NCBI GenBank assembly: GCA_973895155.1
Contig: OZ316894.1
Coordinates: 20,652,451 to 20,716,450, forward strand
DNA from: Marsupella aquatica
Taxonomy: Eukaryota; Plantae; Marchantiophyta
Direction: 5' to 3'
Length of the DNA stretch: 64,000 nt
A model generated the notes under the pieces. It worked only from the letters and a program-made list of their open reading frames with translations. It made no database searches and was not told the DNA's origin. This document shows, piece after piece, positions 25,161-39,000 of the stretch (within the stretch, counting starts at the first letter, position 1; each line of letters opens with the position of its first letter). The translations under genes were made by a program, and so were the position numbers.

Positions 25161-25966
25161 GGCTGGACGGCAAGGTGGCTATCATAACCGGAGCAGCTGG
25201 TGGGATAGGCACTGAGGTATCGAAGCAATTTGCAGCACACGGAGCTCAAGTCATACTGGCGGATGTATCAGACGAGATTGGATACACGAAAGCCTCAGAA
25301 ATCGGATCGAGCGCACACTACAAGCATTGTGATGTCACCAAGGAAGAAGAAGTGGCGTCCGTAGTCGACTTTGCTGTGCAGAAATTTGGGAAACTGGATA
25401 TCATGTTCAACAATGCCGGGGTAGTAACCCCTGTAGAGCGATGGGATACCTTCGACATTAACAGTTACGATCGATACAACGCAATCATGGTAAGAGGTGT
25501 CCTTGCGGGCATCAAACATGCTGCGCGAGTAATGATTCCTGTTTCACAAGGAGTCATTCTCAACACTGCAAGCGTCGCCGCAACTTTAACCAGTGGAAAC
25601 TTTCCCCTGGCTTACAATATTTGTAAGAGCAACCTCCCGGGGATAACAAACATTGCAGCCTACCATCTTGGGAAGCATGGCATCCGAGTAAACGCCATCT
25701 CACCACACGCGATCCCCACGACCTTAGTTGTAGACTGGCTTACCAAATTGGGTGTCAAGAACCTGACCTTGCCAGTACTGGAGCAAGCCTTCATCAACGT
25801 TTCAACTCTGCTCGGAAAGAGGACGACGGAGCAAGATATTGCGAAGGGCGCTTTGTTCCTGTGCAGTGACGACTCGCGCTATGTCAGTGGACAAAACCTC
25901 GTTGTTGATGGTGGGTGGTGTATCAGTAAGGAGTTCGACGTCCTGCCCCAGACCATTCGACAGTAA
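25161..25966 (+). CDS. Short-chain dehydrogenase/reductase (plant ABA2/secoisolariciresinol dehydrogenase-like family); first exon not located
   Basis: LDGKVAIITGAAGGIG, CDVT, MFNNAG, NTASV, YNICK (YxxxK), GIRVNAISP, YVSGQNLVVDGG. Probable acceptor AG at ~25160. Confidence 0.9.
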
Positions 25967-28900
25967 AGAGAATGATATTGACTGACCTCCGTCGTGCGAT
26001 TTGCCCGGAGACTTCCTTGATTCGAGATGATGTTACTTGCAATCCCTCTAAAGAATAGTTCTCTAATCTGAAGGAGCGGTTTGGTGCACCTTGAGTTCAG
26101 AGAATCTCCATCCAAAACTTTCAAAACTTACCTTATCCTAATTGTGCTGAACTGCAACTTTCGGAACACTTCGAACTATGGATCAAGTTTACTCTAGTCG
26201 AAATATTTGGTCAAAACAGTTCATAACTTGTGTAAGCACCATGTTAAGCACCATGTAACCTTTCAATGCTGCTTCAGAATTAGAGAGATTCAGAGAACAG
26301 AGCTTCATCAAATCCATGGCAAGTCTTATGTGGCAAGCCTCTGGAAATGAAATCTATGAATGTGTTCGCTCTGCATTAGTGGCTTCCGTAACGATAATTT
26401 GACCTCAGATTGCAAACAGCAAGAAACCAAAATTTCCGAAACGCACAAAAGATCTTGAGGAATTGCTGAATGTTGTCACCTAGCAGGTGAAAAATCGGTA
26501 TTCTTCCGTTCATCAAAAGGCGAAATTACTTGCCTGAACTTCATTCAAATTTTGATTGAATTCCTTTCGTAGGATATGGACCTGACAACAAGCGATCACA
26601 GAGAACACAGCAGAATCGCCTTATTTTTGTGATTGCCACGATTCTGAAATTCACGAATCAGCCTGAGATTTAACACACGATTGCCACGTACTGGCATCAT
26701 TTGAATTGTACTCTTTACAACTTGAATTCAAGACCTAACTGGTGACACTCCATGAAATACTAAAATTAAAGTCTGTGAAAGAGAACCGCAAGAAATGCCA
26801 GCTTTTCAGGCCAGAATCCATCATTCTACCTTGTTCATTTTCTAGCTAATCTGGGCAGAGCAGGCACATGCAGAGCAGGCACTAGCTAGCTTCGATGCAA
26901 ATTGATAAACTTCATCTGTTTTAGTTACTTTACATATCTGAGAATTACATTTGGATATACAATTACATTTGGATATACAGGACTTGTTCAAGCGAATCAA
27001 GCAGTGAACTTCACGGATCAGAATGAAAACGAGTCCACTTATAATCTCTGAATGTCTCATGACCATTGATGCGTTCTCTTGTAGTGGCAATGTGCTGGCA
27101 AGACAGCGAAACGGACTACGCCGGGTTTGCTTTTCAAACCATCTTAAACCACAACTACCTGTTATGGGGCCGTAATTGGTCAGTGGTAGCAGGGCACTAG
27201 TGACGGGCAACTGCTAGGGAGGCTTACTGGGTATGGGTCTCCTGACATATGAAGTGGATCCTCAGTACGTGTTCTCCAAGAAGCATCACATGCTACTGGC
27301 TATCACATGTGATGGTCATCTGGAGATGGTGTGATCAAATCCTGGCATGGTGGGATTCTATCTTGTTCACACACCTGACCACTCATAATTGGGCATGATG
27401 AGGTGGTGGCTGGGATGGCTGAGGAGGAATGTGTGCACAGTAGATGGAGTGACTGGATGGGCTTTCGTGCTCAAGTTCCGGGTAGTGGAACAATGGATCA
27501 TCCAGGCAGGAATGAAGAGTGCCCGGGCAGGGCAGTAAGCAAAACCACATTGAATTGGGTTGGAGATGCTCGAAGTAAGCATCCACGAAAATTGTGGGGC
27601 AACAAAAGCAGGGAACAGACGTGGACATCGAACCCAAGACAATCTTCTGAAATTAATATTGCCAGGCTTACGGAGGACCTTGGATGATCCAATGCGGAAA
27701 CCATCATCTCTACCTGAAGTCCACATATATCAAGAAAATGTGGACATATGAATCAGATTATTGCTGCGTCCAGACGAACAAACTCTTAAGCTGCAATCCT
27801 GAGCAAAATATCTGGTATCAAAAGAGTTATATCCCATATATTAATATATATGAGGACACCCGGCCCCTAAAAGAGATATCAAGTTTTGCCTTCTTGTGGA
27901 TGGAACTAGCGTTTACATCCAATCCTTCTTAGAAAAGGCTTCTCAATATCTGAACCAGCCCTCTAAATTCACGGGTATGCAACTCCCCTTTGTTATAAAT
28001 TTTAATTCTTTATAATGGCCTTATATCCTTAAACCATCTTAGACATTTTAGTCTACTAGAGTCTTGTACCTATCAACTCAAAGAATCCAAAAATGTAACT
28101 TAATTTATTTTTTAACATGTTTTGATGTATAAAAGGTTTATCAAAACCAAATTATATGGTTTTTTTTGTAATACAAGGGTCTAGCCAAACTAGCCAACTT
28201 TTTAGGATTTTTATTAAAATTTTAAAAATCTTTTAATAAAAACTACAACATGTACAGGAATATTTTTAATTTCATCTGGAAAAAGAAGAGAACCAAACCT
28301 TTTATATGACTTGAAATTTTTTAAAAGTGGAAAACCCAGGTTTTTCAAATTTTAATAACTTTGTATAGCCAACTTTTTAGTCCATATAAAACTGTAGACA
28401 CTTGCCATAATACAAGAGTTGCGTACACGGGTCTTAATTATTTGATTACATACCATAAATACTTAAATACCCGACAACATCCTGGCTTTTTTTAGTTGAA
28501 CACTATTATCTTTGATGACCAACTGAAAATTAACCTCAACCCTCTGATAATTGCCTGGACAATAGTTATGAGCCCAACCTTGACCCGGTCACTGAATACC
28601 AAGTATCAGCAAATTACAAGCTTGGATTTAAATCTTGAAAGCCCTGTAACAGACTATTTCCTATATACAGATCCAGTAACTAGAAAACCTTGTTCTTGAG
28701 AAACCAAAAACTCACTCTAGCTCTGACTAATGAATGGCCTGGGTTGGCCCCAACTTTTTGCATTTTCTTTACAGGTTTGGTCAATGCCCAATTACCCTCA
28801 CAAAACCGTGTAAGTTGGGAACGGCATCGGCATATTTTTTCCAGGCTACTATGCTTTGAGTTTTCCAGACTGGAATATGTTGTGTATTTCCAAGTCTGGA

Positions 28901-31900
28901 TTCCGCTTTTGCCAGTGCTGCCAAAGCACATCAACCGGCGTCCTCGCGCCACATGTTCACATCTCCTCCCTCGTGCTATTGTTTTTCCACTAACCTGCCA
29001 GCGCTCCCGCATGCTGAAGTTGGTTCGAACCTGGGATGCGGGGGTTTTGAACTCACAGGGTGCGGTTTTTCAGGCATGTTTTACCAAGGACCGGTGCAAC
29101 CGCAATATTCAGATCGTCTTTGCTAAGTAGGTTGTAGAAGGAGGTCAAGGGAAGCTCTGGACGGTGTAATATTATTTACCTGGGAAGTATGCTACTATGC
29201 TACTCCGCTTTCCGCATCTCGTTTGAATCGCACCACTCAGTAAACAACGCATGGGACTCCTCTTTGGTCATTACCGGCTCTCCTCCCAGGGCCCGAGTAT
29301 TCAAAACATTATCAGAGGGACTTCCTGGTTACCGATATATGGCTGGGTCACATAGTTTGTTAATGTGTTCTGCAAACAGCCTTTTAATAGTATTAACCTC
29401 TCCCCCAAACTAACTTCAGTAACTGAATTTTCAAAGGCGTCCCACAAACAATTCTATGACTGACCTGATTGCCCCCAATTTTTTCACGCGTTAGAATTGC
29501 CTGAGTACGCACTAGACATAACTCAACTCTGTGCTCGTTGGCAAGACGCATGATTGGCTGCTGATTTAATCTGTTGATCTCCCCCCTGCTAAGCTCTGCA
29601 GGGAAAAAATCATTTTCTTAGGGGAAATTATGTTAACTTTTGTGAATATTTTTTTGTTTTTCCAAGAAACAGTGATGTGTAGTTTGGGTCTTGTTGTTTT
29701 TTACGCTGCAACACAGTTTGGCTGCACTTGTTGATCTGAAACTTTTGGCTGCAACATGGGAAAGGGGTAGTAAGCGGGTTAGGCCCACAACCAATAGCGC
29801 CTTTGTTACCACATGGCCATGGGATCGATGAGAACAAAGGTTGAGTTACATCGATGTAGTATGTAATGCTAACTCATATACAAAATGGGGGTCAGTTAGT
29901 AAATATATTAGTTTGGGGACACATCAGTTATAATAATCCTAATAGTTTTGAGAATAGGGTAGTAACAAGCTGTTTCATCACCAGTCCTCTTTGACAAAAT
30001 AAACTTGTGAAAGTTCATCCATTTTAGTCCATCCATTTATCACTGCTTTTCCTCAAAGTTAGACTGTCTTCTCCGATGAGCTCTGAAATTGCCAAACTCT
30101 GTATACACTCAGCTTAAACTTGCCAAGGTCCATATCTCACACAGACCCGTGAAAATTTTAGCTTAGTCGATCTGTACAGGCTGTTTCCCCATGTTGTCAT
30201 TGCCTGTCTTCTACACTGTCTGACAACGACCCTTGAAACTTTCATTCACATAGTCCATCTATCGATGCAACTCACCGAAGTTTTCACGGTCGTCTACAGT
30301 CAGCTCGAATTTCCCAACGTCGTCTTTTAGAAACCTGTACAGTATTCCGGCGACGAAAGGCATCATGCTCGACGCAACGGGACTGCATGGCTCTCCTACG
30401 ACTGCATGGAAACATATATGGGTCTTTCGAGATATTAAGTTATCTCCATCTAATAGTACTGTAGTCCATTTACTCGCTCGGTCGCTCAGAAGATAAATCA
30501 GGAACTTGCACTAGTTGTGCTACACCGTGTTTTTATTATTAGACACTGCATCGAGGGGAGCAAACACTGAAGCACGACACCGAAAATGTAGTGTAACAGA
30601 CAATGTCGACCAGCTCTATTCCGTCTCCAAAATCCAACCCACCACAAGACCACCAACCGTCTCGTTCTTCTGAGTGCCCTACCCACCCCAACAGCGCTCC
30701 ACAGACTGATATTGGCTTCACCATTAATTTGGCTCTGCGTGACCCACTCTTCCTCCTAATCCTCAGTACAGTAGTCTCTCTCTGACTTTTGAAAACCAAT
30801 CCAGAATTGTTGGACGGAATTGTTTTGGGCGGACGCAAACTATGCATTCCTTGACGATGGTTTCCCTGATTTAGGAGATTTCACAGAAAGCAAGGCTACG
30901 AATAAGGAGGACATGCTTACAAGTGATCAAGCTTAAGCCACGCACAGTATTCAGAGCCGTTCTGAGAAAACTCAGCATCACAGCTGAGTTGGTCCTTCAA
31001 TTTTCCCGGAACCACACATGAGGCGAATCGGAAGCCTAGAGGAGCGATGGGCACCTTCTCCTCACACCAGCACGATTTCTCACACACCTTGGACGCCGGG
31101 TGTGCTCCCCATAGACAGTTCCCAAGGCATTGCACTACATATTAAGAATCACGAGGAACTGAAACTCCAAGCACACTCTACGAAGCACCAGCATAGAGGA
31201 GAAGCTCTTCTACTGACTGCCACCCGCCGAAGTTCTCTGTGCTAACGATCGCTGCGGATGGACGGACGGACACCAATTTTCTTCGGAACTGCTCACTTTG
31301 CTCGAGAATTTTGCATGAATTTCAATCACTGAACTGTTCGTGCAACGCAGCAGCTTAATTAAGGTACGTGTAGCTCAGTAATATATTTATGGATGATCCG
31401 ACCGTTTCTTGGATGGAATTTCTGCATGCCTGTAACGATCTCAGATCTCTTTCTTTGTATTGAAGTCCAAGATCGGAGAATTGTGTATCTTCTCTAATAT
31501 TCTAGAATTTGTTTGAAAGTTCATGCGTCGAGATTCACTTCTTCCCACTTAGATTCTCAGAGGAGACAGAGTTGTCATTCTCTGCATAATGTATCGCTTG
31601 AACGTGAAGTACTTAATTATCCGCATCAGGGAGAGAAGTCTAAATATCTAGCGTCCTAGAAGATCTTTGAGATCTCAGTCGTTCCAGCAAAAATTCCCTT
31701 TGTCTTTCTAATTAGAGTGGCTCTTTACACATAGAAAGCACCATTCCAGCTTAGGTCTTTGAGATCTCATCATCTTTGAGGCAAACCGTTTCCAAGATCT
31801 TGGAAATCTCATAGTCGTTCCAGCAAAGAAATGTAGGATCTCCAGGATCTCCAGAATTCAGATTTCAGGGTCGTTCCGGAAAGATCGAATTTTACGATCT

Positions 31901-32058
31901 GCACAGTGCAATCGAGTCTGTCACTAAGCAAAAGTCGACGTCTTGCTGGGCTGCTGCAGGACACAGTAAACTACTGGCTTTCGCCTCCGTTGGATTGGTC
32001 TAGTTCGCTTCAGTGAACACAACCAGATAGCTCGATACATACACTAAGGATTGCGAAA

Positions 32059-32598
32059 ATGGGCCGACCAGCAGCAGCAGGGTTAGCGGTTATACTCTTA
32101 GGCATTTGCTGTTTCACTTGTAGTGAAGCTGCTCGACCTGGACCTGGAACTGGAATTTTCACTGCGATCGGCGATGGCAGTAGCATATCAGAAATGATTA
32201 TGCTCCATCCCAGCTTGTTTCTGCAGCGGAAGATTTTAGAAGAAGATCAACCCGACGACAAAGAGGAGAAGAAAGAGTGGAAACACGAGGAGAAAGAGGA
32301 GAAGGATGAGCCGGAAGAGGACGGCGAGGAAAGTGGGGACGGCGAGGAAAATGGGGACGGCAAGGAACATGGGGATGGCGAGGAAAATGGGGACGGCGAG
32401 GAAAATGGGGATGGCGAGGAGAAAGACGAGGAGAAAGACGACAAGAAAGAGTGGAAGCACGAGGAGAAAGAGGAGAAGAAAGAGTGGAAGCACGAGGACA
32501 AAGAGGAGAAGAAAGAGTGGAAGCACGAGGAGAAAGAGGAGAAGAAAGAGTGGAAGTCCGAAGAGGACGGGAAGGAAAATGGGTACTCACAGCCATAG
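32059..32598 (+). CDS. Secreted E/K/D/G-rich repeat protein, copy 1
   Basis: Hydrophobic signal peptide ending SEA-AR, an RKIL motif, then KEEKKEWKHE and GDGEEN repeats. The frame and stop are conserved in the paralog. Confidence 0.8.
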   Translation: MGRPAAAGLAVILLGICCFTCSEAARPGPGTGIFTAIGDGSSISEMIMLHPSLFLQRKILEEDQPDDKEEKKEWKHEEKEEKDEPEEDGEESGDGEENGDGKEHGDGEENGDGEENGDGEEKDEEKDDKKEWKHEEKEEKKEWKHEDKEEKKEWKHEEKEEKKEWKSEEDGKENGYSQP

Positions 32599-33030
32599 AC
32601 AGTAGAGAAGCAAGAGTGGAAGCCCGAGGAGGTCGTCCAGAAAAATTGGGATTCTCAGCCCAAAACAGAGGACTCGAACAAAGGATGCAAGCCCCAGGAG
32701 AGCATCCATTTGACAAGAGGTGGGAGTCACAGCCGAATTCAGTCCAAGTTCTAGAACATGAAATAACATCACAATCTTTTAGAGTTGTGAAATCTTTTTG
32801 AGTTGAAAGGGATACACTACGATACAATTTACTTTACTTCCTTTCAGGGGTCCTCATATCTTGAACAATTTTTTTTGCTTAGTTGTCCAGCAAGAAGTTA
32901 GGGAACCTACTTCTAATGACTATAATAAAGTTTGTTTAAAGGGCATTGTGAGCCATAATGTCCTGGAATACAAGGGATACTAACTTTAGGTTTGAGGTGT
33001 TATTGTGGAAGGGCACTCTAGATCATAAGC

Positions 33031-35427
33031 AGTGATATGGTGGACCTAGCCACCCAATGCCTTCACCAATCCCGACACCTGGGCACGCCTAAGTGCCCCT
33101 GGTGCCCGAACGCATCCACGGAATATCTCGAGCAAGCAACCTAGTGCCCCTTGCACCACCAGCGGCCCCTCCCATACAAAGTCGCACTTGCTCTCCAACA
33201 CGACCACTACTCTTGAATGGTTATCACTGTCTGCACATTCAAGCAACCAAGCGTCTCGGTAAATAACCCTTCAGGATCTATATCTCCTCAAGTCTAGCAT
33301 CCTAGTACTTAAGCTCCACAAACATTGGTAAATAGGTTAGCGATAGGTCCTCCTGATGCCATAAGTCGGAACCAGAACCGACGTTCACTGTTCATCCTAA
33401 ACAACTCCTTCCTTGGGCACAGCCCGGGTTTTCCCTTGTACCTATCCATCACTTACTGAACGCCCCGCCCCCAGGACATGCTCATGGCCCAAATAGCGTA
33501 GCTTGTCCCAACGCGCTGGGACCATAATGGTCTGACTCTCGCAACCAACTCCCGTTTCTCGCCCCACTGATGGTCTAGGGGCCAAGTGCTCTTGGAACTC
33601 AACCTCCACACCTACTTGGCTTTCCCTCCCCAATGCAAGCTCCCTCAAGCGATTGAATGCGGCTTGGCTGCTATTTCGGCAGGATTTGTCAAGCGGGCAA
33701 GATAGCACCCGCAAACCTTGAGAACCTAAAGCGCCCCCAGACCTCCTCAAGAGTTTTCCAATGCACCCAAGAAATCCCCCAATGGACTTCTCGTTGGGAA
33801 ATTATTGTCTATTTTGTTTGGGGTTTAGTTATCCCTTAGTGTCGCAACCGCCGCGGCTCACGACTTCGGCTCGCCCTTAGCCCCTAGGGAGACACGACTC
33901 CCCTCATATATGCTTCTGGAGACCTTTCACCCCCGGACCAACTTTGGTCCCCACGCGCATGTCTGGGCGCGCCACCAACTAGCAATGTCCATAACTTCCT
34001 AGTTAGGCCCCTGGGCCCTCACTCTTACTATATTAAGTGAACCCCCCTGAGAACAGACACCCCCCGTGTACCCCTTCTTAATATTTGTGTTCACAAAAAA
34101 AAATCCCTTGTTAATGTAAAAACATTATTTTTTCCTATAAAAATTTATCCTTTTGTAAAACCCAATGATCAAGGGAGTACACCACCCCACACACAAACAC
34201 ACCTGGCCTCATACTTGGCCATTTGATTCAAGGGAATTCAAAAGTAATCTTGTTTGTCTATGTGGGATTGATTCATGGGTCCCCATCAATCCCAGAACCC
34301 CAAACGAGTTGGGCCCCAAAATCCTGGCCCAACATTTACTTAACTCCCAACTTAACACATGCGGGTAAACAAGTCTACCATGCAAGCCCATGAAACCAAA
34401 CTTGCCTTAAGAGGATAAATAATTAAATGTCTGATTTACTATATGGACATGTGTGCCAATGAAGTGATGACATGTGTGTCAACCATATAGTGACACGTGT
34501 CCTTGGCATTTTAGGTACCCTTGCATAAGATTAATGTGACATGTATTTGATAAGAGCCTTATTACTAATATTGTGATGAATGTATATACATGGATGTTGT
34601 CTACTTTAAAAGATATTATAAAAATTAGTTTGCATTACATTAAAAATACCCTTGCGTTGTTCACACGTCCTCCCTGCATTAGTAACGCTGAGGGCCCAGG
34701 GAGTTAGGCATTTGTAAGTGGAGTGCCTTAGCCCCCCTGGGCCCTCACTCCGTGTAAAAGAAGTGGACCCCCCTACGATCAGGCCCTTTTCTTGTTTACC
34801 CCTTGTTATTTACATTTTACTATTAAAAGCTCCCTTATTACCGGTAATAATTATAATTATTAGTTCAAAATGAATAAAAATAACCCTTCGAGCGTTCGCA
34901 CGTCCTCCACGTATTAGTTAAGACTGAGGGCCCAGGGCTTAGCCCGTTGTGATCAGGCCGACCCAGTGCTCATGCCTAGGCCCTCAGATCTCATCGCCCC
35001 TTGGGACCCCCAATTGGCCAAACTCTTGCGCCTCAAATGTCCGTTGCCCAGGCATGGAGTCAACTTCATTGCCCTCGGGCCCAAGAGGAGCTCTCACTCA
35101 AGCCCTCCAAACTCAAAGTCTGTCCGAGGGTCCGGACGGTCGACCTTGAGCCTGACCCTTTTCCCCTTGACCTGACCAGCTCTCAGCTAGTCTAAGTCCA
35201 TAGTGCGTGACACCAGCTTGGCCCCTTGCCTTCGCCAGTGGCGCCAGAGCCACGTCCCATTGCCCACAAGTCTCCCCATGCTAAGTCCTCCGCGCATGGC
35301 CTATCCGTGCTTGGACCATAAGGAAGCTCGACGTCGGAGTCAACGATGCCGGAGCTAAGTGTTAAGGTAGTCAAGTTTCGTGACTTGCACTACCCCTTTA
35401 AAATGGTCATGTCTACATGACCTAAAT
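33031..35427. mobile_element. Degenerate LTR-retrotransposon-derived sequence (target of element B)
   Basis: Begins exactly where similarity to the host unit ends (GATCATAAGC|). Contains weak minus-strand pol-like peptides (HQGHLGV) and an LTR-like TGTC...GACA block (33840-35210) with GGGCCCAG repeats. Confidence 0.4.
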
Positions 35428-36017
35428 CACTATATTCATTAAAACTGAAATTATAAAGGATATAGGGAAATTTGGCGATTTAAAAACATAGTTTTAGGCA
35501 TGAATATTGTAAATTTGGAAGATGAAAAATGAAAATTCAAGCATCATTAAATGTAAATTTGGGGACACAAAAATGAAATTTTGGGAAAGTAAAATATTAA
35601 ATTGGATGATATTAAAAAACATTTGGGTGATAAAAGTGTTCATTTGGTTGGAAAATAGATAGAATCTAGTAATAACATATAAGCTTGGATAGCATCTATA
35701 TTCAAAACATTTAGCTTGAGTAAGATATCTAACTAAGCACCAATACAATGGAATGACTATAGTGTCTAGACAAAGTTAACTAGGATGATATCCAACCTAC
35801 TAGAAGGAATGAAATGGCATCATTTTCTAGAATTAAAATATACTAAGACAAATAAAATAATAATTATAAGAAAGTCCATTCAATAGCTTTGAGAGATCAT
35901 AGAGTATTAATTTGATTGTCTTGTTCTCTCACTTTAGACCAACGCATGGAAATCAACTCAACCCTCTTAATCACAAGTCATTTGAGTGGAGACTTGTAAC
36001 CTACGAGTTCTATCAAT

Positions 36018-39000
36018 CTACTCATCAATTATACCTTCCATGTAAATTTTGAGAGTTTTCAAAACATTCTTAGGAATTGTCAAACCTCTATCCATAATAT
36101 TTTGTTCTTTAGCACCTGACTTAAACCCATACATTGCAGAATTTGCAAACTGCCAACTTTGAGTAACATTGTCAAACCCAAGATCCAGCTCCCAAGTCTT
36201 AGTGGTTTGAAAGCAACGTTCATATCGAACATCATCCTTTGCATCATGCTTACCATGTTTAGGCCTCCACCATTGTACTTGGAACATAGGAGCATTCCTA
36301 AGAGGAATGCTCTCAACAGACGTTGAAGAAGACCCTTCAATATGTTGCAAATCTGTTGAGGGAACCTCATGGTTTGGATCCACACCACCCAAAGCTCGAA
36401 CCAACCAGAAACGCCCTTTGCCATTTTCCTGTTCCCATTCATCCTCTGGACGTAAAAATACAAAGTGACCTTCTTGAATATCTTGTAGAGGAATCCAACG
36501 TGCAGGTTCTCGCTCTTGTCGTGCACCAACAAAGGGTGCAGCTTGATCTTCCATCTCTTCCATGTACTCATTTTGAAGGTCCATCATCTCTGGATTTTGA
36601 GAAGGTTCACTTGACGGCTGAGATGTCCCCAAAATCATCTTGTAACCTGTGCCATGGTTAGTCTTTGGCCAAAAATCAGTTGTCAATGGCAAATGTCTTT
36701 CCCCCTCCCCTTCTATTGTAAGTTCCTCGGACAGTGCTTGCACAAGATTCTCCCAATATTTGACCAGAGGAAATCTCTCTTTATATGCTGCAGAGGTCTC
36801 ATCCTTACAACTTTTCTTCAAGAAATCAATATAGCGATTAAGGAATGGGATGATTTCTCCAGCCTTCTTTTGTACATCCCTAGATATAGGTTTTGCAAAT
36901 GGTTGGCCTTCCGGTAAAATGAGCGCATTTGTGATGGGATCAGTTCTCCAAATGGACCTCCCCATTGCCGGAAGCCAAGGTTGCTTGACATGTGCTTTAT
37001 ATTGATACACTGGCACATTATCCCTCATGGAGAAAAGAAATGCCACTGGTTTTGAGTGACCTTCTATCACTTTCACCTGGAAAGTTTTCAAATACTCCTT
37101 GTAAGATGCAACCTCTTGAATCAATCATGGTACAGGATGAATGCTTTCACACTCCCAAACCTCAGCCATCAACCCCAAGAGGGTAGCAACCTCTTTATAT
37201 CTGACCTGTTTGGATACTTGAGAAAATAATGCATCCACGTCTTCATGGGTGTGGCCAACCATGAGGAATGACATTTGCACAGTTTCAAACACCCCCTGCT
37301 AACAAGCTCAGTGCAAAATGCCATCACATATTGATTTTTGTTATCTTTCCCTGAATTGTCCATCTGCAACGTTAGGTGCCTTGGTAAGGGCTTGAAAGAG
37401 CCCCTAGTAGTCTCAGGATCATCCTTAGAACCAACATCCACTGTGCTTGACTTTTTAGTCTCTTGACCATCTTCAATGCCTTGAAATCGAACAATTGAAA
37501 CATTTTTGGGTTCCAAGTAACCGGCCAGAAATGCTTCAAAGTCTAGAAGGGACTGAAATATTGGCCTAGTTGCATTCCAATTCAATCCCTCAAGAAGGTC
37601 TCCAGTTTTGTCTCCTGTGTAATCTTCCAAATCTCGGAGGCATTTGGCCAAAGATGTCACGGTGAAGTCTGCATCTCCAGGCCAAAGTCCAGTCAAACTG
37701 AAATGTGCATACACTCCAGGATCTCTTCCATGGGTTAACATCCCAGTAAGAGCAATAGGCAAAGGCTGACCACTACCAGAGAGGGATTTTGGAGTGGGGA
37801 CCAACCTGGGGATCCAAGTCTTGGCTTGATCCATCTTATCGTGAATAATGCAAAGATAGTTTTGAGGATCCTTCTTTGCAAGAACCCTATGAGCATAGTA
37901 AACATATCTTCTTGACATTTGTTCACGAAGATGTCGCGCTCTTTTCTCTTCAATCTCTGCACGCTCTTTTTTTCTCTTCTCCCGCATCAATTGATCTTTG
38001 AACTCAGTGCAAAATGTGCACTTGGCAAATGCACTTCCCTTGTGAAAGTCAAAATTATCAAATGAGTTTTTCCAGATGTTGTACATAGTAACTTCAGTAA
38101 CCTTAGCAAACCCATCTAATTCCATCTTGGTAAACACCTCTTGGAAAATCTCCTTCTTAGTAAAACAAGATGGGAGCCGATATTCAATAGTGTCAGTGCC
38201 GTTGGACCCACCATAGGGAAGATGTGGCATTGGTTCCCCATTTTGGATTAAAATGGACGCCAACAAGGCGCGAGCGTGCAAAGTGCTTGATCGTGTCTTC
38301 CGTTGTCCCTGATTTCCATGGAAACCAATTGTGCAACCAGCTTCGTATTGATTTTTGTAGTCATAGTACTTTGTTGTACTGAACCCATGCATCTTTACAA
38401 ACCACACGTCCCTTTAGAACAAAAAATCCTTTTCTCTTGACTTGCTCCTCTCTACACCCAAAGAGACTAAAGATGTGACTTGTTTTGTTGTCACTTGGCA
38501 TTCCATGGTATTCCCTCCTCATTGCCTCTAAGTCCTCCCTGGGCATGTTCAAGCAACACTTCAGCTTGCAACAACCTTCTCTTTGGATGGAATCAATGGA
38601 CTCCTCTTTAATTTTCAAAAGTGCCCTCGACTCCAAATGCCTTTTCTTCCTCTCCTCAAGATCAACTTTTGTCCTCCTAATGAAATTGTATGGTCTTTTT
38701 GTAGGTTTACCATCACCATCCGAATCCGGATCGCCCTTAGTTCGACCCGACTCCATCCACTTCTCTGAAACTTCCTCAAGGCTCGGGGGGTCACTTCCAC
38801 AAATGTTGACATCATGTGCGAACGAAGTAAGGGGCATTTTATTCATTTTAGGGAAGTACTTAGAAGTAGCGAGGAAGTAAGGGGGTAACAATTCAAAAAG
38901 TGCCACTTGTCATCACATGATTCATTGCTTGCCACGTGTCAATAAATGATTGATGGGTTTTTTGAGCTTCCTATTCCTTTTTGAAAGAGTGATTAAATAG

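Larger units (their letters stand above)
20708..33030 (+). repeat. Tandem segmental duplication unit, copy 1
   Basis: 20708-30450 aligns with 54831-62419 and 30120-33030 aligns with 51710-54811, with long near-identical stretches. Confidence 0.93.

Noticed and set aside
26842-31245. Possible minus-strand host gene fragments in the duplicated unit
   Set aside because: No recognisable domain, and frames are not consistently preserved between copies; a degraded multi-exon gene cannot be excluded.
32198-32827. Antisense and alternative-frame ORFs over the repeat protein genes (also 53809..54597, 4218..4853)
   Set aside because: Shadows of low-complexity coding repeats; in the repeat-protein genes only the + frame has a signal peptide and conserved ends.
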